NCBI GenBank assembly: GCA_964247055.1
Contig: OZ176055.1
Location: 3,162,001-3,226,000 of the forward strand
DNA length: 64,000 nucleotides
Source of the DNA: Paragordius varius
Taxonomy: Eukaryota > Animalia > Nematomorpha
Reading direction: 5' to 3'
Positions within the stretch are counted from its first letter, which is position 1. Every line of letters begins with the position of its first letter. This document shows, in pieces, positions 24,942 through 37,905 of the stretch. The notes beneath the pieces were generated by a model. That model did no database searches and was not told the origin of the DNA. It worked only from the letters and a program-made list of their open reading frames with translations. The position numbers were made by a program, and so were the translations under genes.

Positions 24942-26821
24942 TGTGTATATGTAAGCTTTAAAAATTTGCTAATATTAAAATTTTGTGTATGATGTATGCT
25001 AAAAAATTTTGCTAAAATTAAAATTTTTGAAAAATTTCTGCATTTTTAAATATTTTTAGTTGATATCAAAATTTAGCATTAATATTTTTATCGTGCAGAG
25101 CCGACATTTTTTCGTTTAATTTAAGAGAACTAGCCTATTTTTGGAAAGTAAAAAATTTTGTGACTTTCGAAGTCTATAACTAAAAAAATTTTTTTTTAAT
25201 ATTGTTTTGCTTTTTTATGATTTTTAATGATAGAAGCCTCTAGCCACCTAAAAAATTTTATTTTCTAAAAAATTTTATTTTCTAAAAAATGTCCGCAAAT
25301 TGTCATTTCCTGAAATACAAGAATTATTACAATGTAATTAAAATTCCTAGATAACTAAGGGCCAACACTAAAAGCACCATGATAATGATAAAAATTCTTA
25401 TCAGCTGATTTTTTTGCAGACACTGTGCAATTACTGATTAATTTAATCATATTTCAATTATTTACTTTAAAAATGTTCAAACTAGAAGGATTATTTATTA
25501 ATTTTATTTTTTAGATAAGTATTATTATACAATCCTTCAAATTCAGCCATGGGTTTATTATTCCAAATTGTATAAAGCACATAAAAGCCTAATTTTTATT
25601 CCAATAAAATTCTGGTGGAAATAGTTATTTGATTTTGGGACTTACGCACCATTTGAGAAAAATCAAGCGATATTTAATATTATTATTTAGATTGGAAAAT
25701 TTCTAATTTTATGGCAAAAGTCAGATGCAATACAATTTTTGTATTAGTATTATAATTAATGAATATAGGTTTGGTTAGATCTTTAAACCCGTAATTTTAG
25801 TATTCTTAACCTTAATTACTATATAAGGATATATGTCAGAGTGAATTGAAATTTCAAAATCCAAGAAAGTATTTGTATTCGCCAAATTCAAAAACATGCT
25901 TTCTTTACCCTTTGGCGCATTTTCAAAAATTTAAAAAATTGTATTGCAAAAAAATCCTCATCTCAAACCTTTTCGCCGCCATTTTTTTCTTTATTTTTTT
26001 TCGCTAATACAGCGGGCAAATATATGCATATTATGGTTTGCAAATAATAACTTTAGAAAGCTTTAGAATATTATCAGCAATATACATCTTTATTTTTATA
26101 AAATATTTTAAAATTTTATTTGTATTCTTTATTTTAATTTTTTTATGTTGATCCGAAGAAGTTAGAGGAATCTAACGAAAATTCATTAATAAATTTATTA
26201 TTAATTTGCTGATATTACATCATATCATTCTAAAACATACTGATTCAGCCTAATCCATAATGAAATGATATTTATTGATTTGAGAATCAGCTGTTTATTA
26301 TAATCGTGTTTTGGAGCTGACCCAATTGACCCCTGAAGTTACAAAACTGTAAACATATAGGATTTTTTATCTAATACGGAGAACACTGTTTGATTATTGA
26401 ATTTTATATAAACCAACATATGAAACTATACTTTATTTACAGGTTAAAGCTCTTATAAAACTAATACAAAATGTCAACGTGTAGAAAAATATTTATTCAT
26501 ATAATAGAGAGTAGTTTCATAGATCATCTCAGTTTTTAGTTGGCTAATAGGCCAAAATAATTAACGCGTCCATAAGCATGTATTAGAACATACATTTTTA
26601 TTAACAAAAAAATATGAGGCACCTGAATTCGATCGCTAAAATAATTATGTAATTAGGGAAAAGTTTAATTACGAAAATATGCAATAAATTTATTTAGTTT
26701 ACAATTAATAATTTAAAATACTACAAATAGAATCGAATTTAAAGTTTCCTAACACTATATTCATTGGGAACAAATTCAAGCACCATGTATTTGTCTGCAT
26801 GTTTACAATTATGTAACTTAG

Positions 26822-29800
26822 CTATATATTTAAATGGGAAGTCGTGGCTTTGTGTTCTGTTTTTGGAAAACCGGTAGACCCATTCAAATCCAAATATCGA
26901 AAATATCATTAATGAATGCCCCGACAATAGCTTCGTCCTTTTTTGAATTAAGTCCCCTGTTTGGGCCTACCCCGTGTAAAAAACGGTTTTTTTTGAAAAC
27001 CGAAGTCCACAAAAAATATTGGGCCATTCGAGTTCAAATATGATTTTTTTTACTTACTAGCGTAAATCTCGTCTGCTACGCAGCCCAAGGAAGTCCTTCG
27101 GACTTCTGGGGAGGGCGGGGTGGGGGGTTCGAAGTTTGGATTTGAATGGGTTCACCGGTTTTCCGGAAACAGATCACAAAGTTACACGAGGAATCAGTTT
27201 TTAGCGGGTAGCTCCCTACCCAGCAGCTATCATCAAAGAAACGCCTGACCAAAATTTTTGCCTTTTAACAGGGAATACGTGGAATCCATATTGAATTTTT
27301 ACGGTCTCATACCTAGGGCGAAAAATAGATTTAAAAAATTATTTTTGGGGACTTTGTTTTTTGATAAAGGTGGCATTTTACGGGGGGAGCGGGTAAAAAG
27401 AGGGCCTAAATCAAAAATGTGACTCGACTATGTTTGGCGCAATCGAAAATAACTAAATAAAAATCATATTTGAAACTGAATGGTCCAACACGTTCTCCGG
27501 AAAATCTCAAAGAGATTTTTGTGGACTTCTATTTTCAAAAAAAAAACTCGTTTTTCACACGGGGTGGGCCCGAACTGGGGGCCTATTTCAAAAAAAGGGC
27601 GAAGTTATTGTCGGGGCATTCATTAATGATTATATTTTTTACGAAGTTTGGATTTGAATGGGTCTACCGGTTTTCCTGTACCAGATCACAAAGCCAGCAT
27701 TTTCCATTTTTATAAATATATAGATTACCATAAATAATGTATTAATATCCATATATCTTTTAACATTCTATACATATGATAGATACTCCTTACTCAGCAG
27801 CTATCATCAAAGAAACGCTTGACTAAAATTTTTGCCTTTTCACAGGGAATACGAAAAATCTTTCTCGAATTTTTACAGTCTCATACCGTGGGCAAAAAAA
27901 TACAATAAATGTTTTTTTTGAAAAAAATGGCATTGGGTGAAAAGAGGGTCTAAATCAAAAAAGTGAGTCGACTATGTTTAGCGCGATCAAAAATAAGTAA
28001 ACAAAAATCATATTTGAAATTGAATGGTCCAACACGTTCTCCAAAAAATTGACTTAACCCATTTTTCACACGGGGTGGGCCCGAACTGGGGACCTAATTC
28101 CAAAAAAGGGCCAAGCTATTGTCGGGGCATTCATTAATGATTATATTTTTTCGATATTTAGATTTGAATGGGTTCACCGGTTTTCGGGAAACAGATCACA
28201 AAGTTACATGAGGAATCAGTTTTTGGCGGGTAGCTCCTTACCCAGCAGCTATCATCAAAGAAACGCCTGACTAAAGTTTTTGCCTTTTAACAGGGAATAC
28301 GTGGAATCCATATTGAATTTTTACGGTCTCATACCTTGGTCGAAAAATAGATTTAAAAAAATATTTTTGTGGACTTTGTTTTTTGAAAAAGGTGGCATTT
28401 TACGGGGGGAGCGGGTAAAAAGAGGGCCTAAATCAAAAAAGTGACTCGACTATGTTCGGCGCAATCGAAAATAAGTAAACAAAAATTATATTTGAAATTG
28501 AATGGTCCAACACGTTCTCTGGAAAATTGTCTCAAAGACACGATTTTTGCTGGGGGCCTATTTCAAAAAAAGGGCGAAGCTATTGTCGGGGCATTCATTA
28601 ATGATTATATTTTTTCGAAATTTGGATTTGAATGGGTCTACCGGTTTTCCTGTACCAGATCACAAAGCCAGCATTTACCATTTTTATAAATATATAGATT
28701 TTCGATTGCGCCGAACATAGTTGGCTCGCTTTTTTAATTTAGGCTCTCTTTTTACCCGCTCCCCCGTAAAATGCTATTTTTTTCAAAAAAATTAAGTCCA
28801 CAAAAATAATTTTTTGAAACTATTTCTCGCCCAAAGTATGAGACCGTAAAAATTCAATAAGGATTCCTGGTATTCATCCCTGGTAAAAGGCAAAAATTTT
28901 AGTCGAGCGTTTCTTTGATGATAGCTGCTGGGATGGATATACCTGCTAAAAACTAACCCGTCATATCGAAATAGCGTGCTTTTGGGGCTAAATTTCAGAG
29001 AATCTATCAGGCCATAAGAGTTCAATCCGTGCTTAAAATATTACCCGTAAAAGGTCAAAAATTTAAGTCAATCGGATTTTTTAAAATAGCGGTTAAAGGC
29101 CGTTTGCCCCCTAAAAAATGCGCTACCATTGAACTACTCAGTTTTGAAGCCATTCTTCCATAAACTATTAAGAACATATGGAATGAATGATGATTCCAGG
29201 TATTCTCCGTAAAAAGGCAAAAACTTTAATCAAGCGCTTTTTTTGTATCAGCATCTGGGTAGGGAGCTACCCGCATACAAGTGCGCCACCATATCCAAAT
29301 TGCGTTGTTTAGGAGTTAATTTTCAGAAGACTAATCAGGCCATGTAAGTTTTTAAAGGGCCTGAAATATTACCCGTAAAAAGGCAAAAATTTAAGTTGAG
29401 TTTTTTAAAATTAGCGGTTAATTAGGCCCTTTACGTCCTAAAAAATGCGCTATCATTGAACTATTATTTGGTTTTGAAGCCATTCTTTCATAAACTATTA
29501 GGAGCATATGGAATGAATGATGATTCCAGGTATTCCCATATAAAGGCAAAAAATATTATCGAACTTCTTTTTTATATTGGCTGGGTAGAAAGCTACCCGC
29601 CTAAAACTGCGCCACCATATCAAAACTGCGTTATTTAAGATTAATTTTCAGAAATCAGGCAATATAAGTTTTATTAGGGCCTGAAATGTAAACGGTAAAA
29701 AGGCAAAAATTTAAGTCGAGTGGATTTTTTAGCGGAATAGACTCTGGGGAGGGGGCTACCCGCGTAAAAATGCGTCACTATATCGATACAGCATGCCTTT

Positions 29801-30716
29801 GGAGCCAGCTTTCAGAAAACCTATGAGACTATGTGAGTTCAACAAGGGCCTAAAATAGTTATTAACCCTTAAAAAAAATATTTTAGTATAGGGGGTTTCA
29901 ATGGGTCGCTAAATAAAGTTTTACGCCCTGAAAAATTCGCCGCCACAGAACAATTTTTTGGTTTGGAAGCAATATTCCCAAGAATAGGAACATATGGACA
30001 TTATAATTCCAGATATTCCCCATATAAAGACAAAAAAATTTTCCGACGCTTTTTTATACCTGCTTCTGGGTAAGTACCCGCCAAAAACTGTTCCACTATA
30101 TAGAAAATGCGTTGTTTTGGAACAAATTAAAACTTATGCCACATGACCTAATTTAAAGTAAGAAATACCGTAACTAGGAAGGTCAGGCCTTTTTTTATTA
30201 GCCGTTAATATGGGGTCTTTATGCCCTAAAAATACGACATCATATAACAATTATTTAGTGCTGAGGTATTTTTTCGAATAACCCATGAGACGATGATATC
30301 AAGGATGAATCCAAATATTTATCCTATAAAGGTTAAAATTTAACTTAGCGCTTTTTCCATATAGGCCTATGGGTAGGGGTCTGCCGGTTTAAAACTGAGA
30401 CGCCATACAAAAATGACGGTTTGGAGCTAATTTTTAAAAAACTTAAGAAGCCATACGAGTTCAATAAAAGCTTTAAATATCACCCATAAAAAGGTAAAAA
30501 TTATAGTATAGCGGTTTTTTCCGTTAGCCGTCAATTTGTTCACACCAGTAAACAATATATTAGTATGAACGCACTGATTTGAAAATCCCATGAAATCATA
30601 GCTATTAAATAAGGTTTCGAAATAATCCACATATATGTTTTTTTCAAATAGCCCCCCCCCCCCCCGAAGTCCGAAGGACTTCCACGGGCTTCATAGCAGC
30701 ACGAGATCTACGCTAG
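26822..30716. mobile_element. Helitron cluster: nested and tandem copies in both orientations
   Basis: 5' ends lie at ~26822 (+), 27724 (-) and 28698 (-), the last two reading A|TC. 3' ends are CTAG|T at 27057 (-) and 30716 (+), each preceded by hairpin GAAGTCC-GAA-GGACTTC. 28700-30480 is a reverse-complement copy of 22640-24570. Confidence 0.85.
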
Positions 30717-30737
30717 TAACAAATAAAAATCTTATAC

Positions 30738-31392
30738 ATATTAACAGACGAGTAAATATAGCATCGTTCCCAATGAAAATACCGAAATCCAATAAAAGCT
30801 CTGGCTACTTTATTTGAAGTGAGGTTGCTGACATATTATAATGACGCTTTCTTTGAATTATATATAATTCGGAGGTTATTATCCCAACTGTCGTTTCTTT
30901 TTCTAAAACAAAAATATATCCGAAACCGCTTACGTATATATAAAAACCGCCCTGTAACAATTATTTTGTAAAAAACAATTAACCTGTTAAAAGACTAAAA
31001 ACCGGATTTGTTTATAATAAGTTTAAATTATATATTTAAACACACCAAGATAAAGTATTATTAGTGATACTTAGCAAAAAAAATATCTAAGATAAAAAAT
31101 CTACACTGGTTTTTAAATGGTAAATGTCCGTTTTTGGCAATTTTAAGCATAAGGAGAAAAACGGTAACATTTATAGTAAATTTATAAATTAATAATCAAA
31201 AATCAATTCTTACCCTGAAAAAAAAAGAATCCGTGTGCGTAACCAGGTTTCATTTAAACTGCTTTGCATAAAAATCGCAACTGAACCATCTCCTAATTTT
31301 TTAATATCAATCAAGAGTTGGTTTCCATTAAAAATTTCAAAAGTACTTTTTGCGATAAATTCTGTCCTTGTCGCGCTCAATGACTGGCATAC
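30738..31392 (-). CDS. Candidate exons of an unidentified gene
   Basis: The AG/GT-bounded open exon 31392-31214 reads VCQSLSATRTEFIAKSTFEIFNGNQLLIDIKKLGDGSVAIFMQSSLNETWLRTRILFFSG. Exon 30827-30738 reads NLTSNKVARAFIGFRYFHWERCYIYSSVN. No homolog was recognised. Confidence 0.4.
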
Positions 31393-31626
31393 CTTAAAAT
31401 TTAACTAAGTCTGCCAATTTTAATGAAACTACGAGATGACTATGCTATTCTAAAATTTATTTGATAAATAATAAAATATGTAATAGTTAACCTTAGATTT
31501 TGCACCCATACTCATAACTCAATAGTTTCAACAATGGAGAGATATTGATGATTTATATAATGTGTTAACAATATTCAATTTTTACGCACTTCAACAATGA
31601 TTTTTGTGTAAAAAATTGCATAATAT

Positions 31627-33330
31627 ATGAATGCTTTAAATCAAAAAGATTATTTAAATCACATCTTAAATGACGGTGTTAATAGAGCTAAATCCACTAA
31701 AGGCCAATCAAATACCTCTAATGTTGATAAAGATATTGATCCTGAATCGAGATTCGAACAAATTTTAAAGAATTATAACATGCAACTAACAAACTCAAGT
31801 GTTGTTACAGCTAAATTAAAAAAATTAGCTGGCATCAAATTAACCAACAACTGGGAAGATTATCAAAAAAATAATTCTCAAGACTTTTATAGGGTGTCGT
31901 TTGATAATGAGCGTAATACCACAAAAATTAACTCCAACGATAACAATATAAAAAGCAATAAGAATGTAAACAACAGTGGCTCTTTCATTAATACCACAAA
32001 TACAAGTAAGGATAAAGGGTGTAATTTAAATTCAGAAATATCAATTACCCAATCATCGAGTCAGAGCCATCCATCCAGCAAAAATAATTCAAAACATTCA
32101 AAAAATTATCAGAAACACAAAACCGACAGCTCCAGAAGTCAAGCCAAATTTATTGATAAAATAAGAACGAAAACTAAAACAATAAGCAATATATCTCAAA
32201 CCTCTGAGGAAAGCGGAGGTGATCAAAAGCAACCATATAAATTCAAGGTAAATATATAATATCGTTTTAAAGTTAAATCATATATAAAGATTAAGTAACT
32301 AAAAATCATTTTAAAGATCATAAGCATATTTAGCCTTTTTAAAAACATCTAAAAATTGATATATAATTTTAAAATATAGAAATTACATCAGTTTGGGTTA
32401 TAGAGGTAAAATTTATTTTAAAAATTAGGAAAGCTAATTTAGTTGTAGAAGTAATCTAATCAGATTAGGATTTTTGTATCAATAATTAAATTTTATATTT
32501 CATATATATTATTAGACTCAAGGCATGACAGAAAAAGATACGCATGGGTAATATTATATTTTTTAATGATTTGATTAGAGCCAAAATTTTAAAATAGCTT
32601 TATTTAGCCTTTTAGGCGCATGATAATTTTAGTAAAAAAAGGTCTAAAGGCAGCACATTATGGCTAAAAAAGTAAATATACAACTGGAAAGCTAAACAAT
32701 TTACCAGCAATTTTTATCTGTTAATTTTAATATCAGCTGTTCTCAGTCATGTATTAAAGGTACCTGATTGTGTCTCTAGGAGAAAAAATGTAAAAACTTT
32801 TAGTTTTTTATCAAAGTCAGTAGAAGAAAATTTGATAATTAAATTTTACTGAAACATCTTTCAAAAATATAGTTTGTTTACAATCTTACGCTCTGATATA
32901 AAACTACTTCAAATGTCATCGCTTTCAAAATTAGGTCAAGGTCATGAAAAGTTAACGCAAAATTGTGTGATTCGGATTTTAAGTCATATATTTTTTGGCC
33001 AACAATCGAGTCCAATATAAGGGAATACATTGTTCTAGTTAATATTTTTTAATATTACCATTTACAGTATGCACTGTTGGTGAATACAATAGCGTATGGG
33101 TAAAAAACAACAAATGGCTTCAAAACACAATTTTTCCCTATCTTACAACATAAAATTTTTAATTAAGGACAAAATTTGATATTATAGGCTACTGTATTAC
33201 CAATGGGGTAACAATATGTAAATTACCAACATTAAGGTGCATACTGTATATATATATATATATATATATATTAACGATATATAAATTATATACTTGCAGC
33301 AGCTATAAACACTTGATCAACCTAATTTGG
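31627..33330 (+). CDS. Unidentified multi-exon gene: large N/S/K-rich first exon plus chain of small exons
   Basis: A 207-codon open frame (31627-32247) ends at AAG|GTAAAT. Phase-compatible small exons follow at 32516-32547, 32633-32671, 33068-33099, 33188-33207 and 33300-33330, with one ambiguous exon at about 32710-32935. Confidence 0.55.
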
Positions 33331-34177
33331 GTAATTTGGTGCGGTTTATTTTTTGTCAAGCTCATTTAAGTTAAATTCTCTTTAAAAACAAATTTATTCA
33401 TTGGTCAAATTTAGTCGCGATTCTGTAATAATATGATACAAATCTTTTGCGTCATCTAAAAATGTGAAAATGACAGAATCAAAAACATTCTTACATGACT
33501 CGAATGCTCTAAAGCATAGTGCTGCACACACTGCATATTTCAGAAATATATAATAACTTCAGGATATTTTAAAGCAAAAGGGATATATTATTGTTATTCT
33601 TCATGAGTAAAATCTTTTATAACATGGTTAATATAGATTTTAATTAAAAAGGGGCTACCATCAATATGGAGAGTTTTAATAATATTGGGGTAATATTAAA
33701 AAGCGTATATGTATTAAAAAACCATTTTAATTAAAATAAATTAATTTTGGTATTTGGTAAAAACGTTGGTATATAAACCAAATACAACAAATAAATTATT
33801 GAAAACCAAACAATTTTTTAAATCTCGAAATTCGAAAAAATTTTGCGCGTTTTAGATTCTTTATATGACTGAAAGAGAATAAAACAGTTTTAACAATTTA
33901 ATGGGTTGTGTTTTAAACTTATATCAATTATGTCATAATAATTTATTACCATAAATATATAAAATTAAATATTGGATCATATATTTTGATCGAAAATTGT
34001 TTGATAAAGAAATTGCGGCTTTCGGAGGTAAACCTATTATATTCGATATAAGGTGAAAACTTAGGGAAGAGTTTTGAAATCAGGTTTTACTAATAACGGA
34101 CCCACCCATAATTACACTATTAAATTCACATAATTTATGTTACCAAATTTGAATAAAAAAATATTTTTATCCTCACA

Positions 34178-36298
34178 CATGATGATGATGTATCGTCTTT
34201 GTGTAATGGCTGGCCATTGTATCCGTATAGAAGCTGTCTGTAATATTTGCCATCCTGCCAGTCGTTATCATCAATGTTGGCAACACCAATCCTTATTTAT
34301 TGTTTTTTTCCAGTTAAATATTGGTCTACCCCTGCACCTTCGGGATGTAGGAAATTTTATTTGTCCATTGTTCTGCAGCGTTTGATGTGTCCGAATATAT
34401 CTAAGCCTATTTTTTTGGAGCATAACATTTAAAGGTTCGATTTGGTACAGTTGATGCAAATTTGAATTTGACATATTGGGGTCGAATAAATTTAGCATCT
34501 GCTTTTCTATGTTCATTAGTTTTTTCTCGATTGAATCTGTCATCGGCCACGTCTTGCTTACATACAAGAGTATGGGACGTATGCCGGCTTTGTAAATCAA
34601 ACCTTTGTTTTTTGCTATGTATTTTTTTTGAGCACAAATTTAAGTTGATGATTTTACCAGCCTGTTGGGATCTATAATTAACCGACTGGTTTATTCCACC
34701 TAGGCAATGTATGACATCGCCCAAGTATTTAAAATTATTTACCAATTCAATTTTGGCGTCTGCCATATAAAGTTATTGAAGTGGGTGACTAATTTATTGT
34801 TTTATTTTTGTTATAAGCAAGCACTTATTGTGTACCTACTTATTGCATGATATCCATAGGATTGAATTAAATTTTACATCTAAATAATATATCCTGGAAA
34901 CTTAAGTCGTTTATATACAGTTTCACCCGTTATCAGCACCTTTGTTTTACTTATGTTTATCCTCCTTCCACCCTTTTCTAAGTGTGATTTCCATGTGTTG
35001 TACTTTTGATTTGATTCCTCCATTGATGTTGCGGTGAGGACAATGTCGTCCTCATAGATAAGTTTCTATGGTGGGCCTTGTTTTATATCTTTTGTTGGGT
35101 AATCGATTAAAAAAGTGAAAAGTAGAGGGCTTAGGATGGAGTCTTGATGAAGACCAGATTCGTTTGGAACAAAAGCTGTGTTGCCTAGTGTTAATCGGAC
35201 GCAGTTTGTTGTTTTCTAGTAATTATCTACGTTGTTGACTCGTAGTGTGGATGTGATTAACTTCCTGGGGTTTCAATCAACCCTTTGTAAATCAATAAAA
35301 ACATGATAAAGTTTTTTATTTTTCGCTAAATAATTCTCTTGCAATCTTCTCAAAATGAAGATTGCATCAATTGTGCTACTGTTTGGTTTATAGGCATTTT
35401 GCGAGTCCTGTATGCTAATGATTGAACTTAGTTTTAATTCAATAATGGATTCAAAAATTTTTAACGGGGGTTAGTGGTCTGTAGGAGGAACAAACGAGTT
35501 CTCCTTTGTTTTTATAGGTATGATGGTGCTTTTTTACCGATCATTAGGGATGCGATTCGTTGATAAGATTAGATGAAATATATTAGTTAAATGTGGCATT
35601 GGGGTAAAGCTTTAACCATGTCGGAGCTGAGTTCACATGAACCACTTGCTTTGTTATTTTATATCTTGGCCAAGGCATCTCTTACATCGTCTGTTGTTAT
35701 CAATGGTCGGGGACCAATTGCTGGTGGTTGGTTTATTGTTTCAAAATCATGTATTTGTGCGAATTGTTTTTGGTCCCAGACATTGCTTATGTTTCTCCAA
35801 TCAGATGCTAGATGATTGTGTTTATCTTTAATATATGAAATTTGTTTAATGTCCTTTTTATTATTGCTAACTGAATTTATTGTTCGGAAAATTTTGAAAA
35901 TTTTCATGTCTTGTTCTAGTTTTTTAGCTAAATCCAAAGCTTAGTCGCCTGAAATATTGATGGCTTGTTGTAAATTTATATTTGATTTGATATATGAATA
36001 TAAGTCTCTTCTATCTTTTCTTTGTTTCCATCTTTTGTACTTATTGCGTTTAATTTTGATTAAAGGTTTTATGGAATCTTACCACCACAAATTTGATTGT
36101 TGTTTTTTCCTGTATATTTTCTTTTTGCCACAAAAATTAAGTACATTTGGGATTCTTTTTAAAATTATCCCAAGCTTGTTCAGATGTTTTGTGGTTGAGA
36201 CTGAGCGTGGCATTAGAAGTTTTTAGGAGTTGAAGTTATCAGGAATGTGTAGTTTTTCTAAGTTGGATTTCTGGTTACTATGGTAATAGGATTTTTTT
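34178..36298 (-). mobile_element. Decayed RTE-type non-LTR retrotransposon
   Basis: Minus-strand RT motifs FIDL (~35290), GLHQDSILSPLLF (~35140), LIYEDDIVL (~35050) and FKYLGDVI, plus a GRPIFNW C-terminus and a (CAT)n tail. There are many stops and frameshifts. Confidence 0.9.
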
Positions 36299-36479
36299 AT
36301 TAGACTTACTATCTGCAATACCCTCTTCACGAAACCAGCAAAGAAATTAATAACTTATACAAGTGGTAATCAAAAGTCTGTGGTAGAGTACATTTTAACA
36401 CATATACAAGATAGAAAATTTATAAAGGTTTTTAAACATATCTCACTGATACACAACATAAATTGTAGCAATATAACAA

Positions 36480-36665
36480 TAAACAAATCCTATTACCATA
36501 GTAACCAGGAACCCAAAATAAACTTAAAAAAACTACACCTTCCTGATCTTAAACTTCAACTCTCAAAACTGTTAATGCAACGCTCAGCCTCAACCACAAA
36601 ACATCTGAACAAACTTGGGATAATTCAAAACAGCATTGTCCCACTTATTTTTGTGGCAGAAAGAA
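36480..36665 (+). repeat. Inverted, diverged copy of RTE segment 36120-36298
   Basis: aaatcctattaccatagtaaccag...aaccacaaaacatctgaacaa is the reverse complement of 36120-36298. Confidence 0.8.
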
Positions 36666-37531
36666 ATATCATCACAATATATGAAAATAAAAGGGAACCA
36701 TAATTTTAATATTATCCAATGTTAAAACCAAGATAATTAGGCTTTAGATTTTTATTTTATAAATATTAAATGCAATATGACATATGTTATGATAGATGTT
36801 AAAACGTGTGAGAAAAATCTTACTAAGTCCCACTGTTTGTACTACTTAAGCCAAGTTGTAAAAATTAAGTAAATAAAACATTAAATTTATTATCAATAAA
36901 AAAATAATTTTGATGTTGAAATCAAGATCAGAGATTGATTATTGGATAATTTGTTTTATTAAATATAGATCTAAACATTTTAACACAACAACTATGATGA
37001 AATATGAAATCATACACAAGGTAGATATTACTATTATTAACCCCAGATATTTGTAAATTTGTGTAATTAAAACAATGATGTTGACCATAGATAGTCATAA
37101 TATTTTTCTTCAAAATATTCGATAGTGCAAATTTAAATAACGTAATATTTTTGAAGGAGACCTTCAATTTTTCAATAAAAAACAGATAAATTTTCTGTAT
37201 TCTTGTTGGGAAAATATAAAATTATTTATTTTAAACATTTTTTTACATAATGTAAAAATTATAGCATTCCCACGTTTTTGCTCAAGTGTATTTCGTCTGT
37301 TTCCTATCAATTTCACAAGCCAAAGAATATTATATCACTTTTAAAATGCTGATTAATCTTAAAATCATAAATATTTAATCCCTTAAAATATATATATGCA
37401 ACTTAAGTAACTAGATATTAGCTTTTTTGCAATTTTCATGTTTTAACCGAATGTTTTATATTTTAAATATATTAGAAAAAATATTTTTGAACAAGTGCTT
37501 TTATAAAAAATTCTTTTTAAATTTTTAGGAT

Positions 37532-37888
37532 TTGCTAACATTGGCAAATATTATGAGAGAAACATTGCAAAATCTTATGAAAATCACGGCAGCCAATTAT
37601 TTTCTTCTTGGAATTTTTGCAACACTAACACTAATTATAATGCTAAAAACTCCTTCCATTACAACCCTAACAAAAGAAAACGTGTATAAACCAAAAACCT
37701 CATATAAATTACCATTATACCAAAATCGTTTGACAGAAAAAAGCCATTTTAAAAAGGTTTACCCCTTATGGTGGAAAAATAACTTTTTAGACGTTACATA
37801 TTATTCAAAAGAAAACTCTGCTTGGAGTGAAAAACTATGGAGAAAATTGAAATATTATATGGTTATAACCAAACTTTATTTTAGCTGA
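37532..37888 (+). CDS. Possible exon or short gene with one hydrophobic segment
   Basis: 118-codon open frame after a tttttag acceptor, containing YFLLGIFATLTLIIML. No homolog was recognised. Confidence 0.3.
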   Translation: MLTLANIMRETLQNLMKITAANYFLLGIFATLTLIIMLKTPSITTLTKENVYKPKTSYKLPLYQNRLTEKSHFKKVYPLWWKNNFLDVTYYSKENSAWSEKLWRKLKYYMVITKLYFS

Positions 37889-37905
37889 ATAAATTCTCAC
37901 ATTGT

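Larger units (their letters stand above)
21200..25427 (+). mobile_element. Transib-like element (family D) hosting a nested foldback MITE and Helitron
   Basis: The left part 21250-21900 matches 6510-7150. The sequence resumes at about 24990 matching 7195 onward and ends CACTGTG at 25427. Confidence 0.7.

Noticed and set aside
26740-30601. Protein-kinase-like reading HTNI...YMVLEFV across candidate exons
   Set aside because: The spacing is too short, and no other kinase subdomains (HRD, DFG, VAIK) were found.
32633-33330. Assignment of the 31627 gene to SLC1/EAAT transporters (WLKNNFYLLIL...)
   Set aside because: Motif spacing does not fit, and the required exon phases are incompatible.
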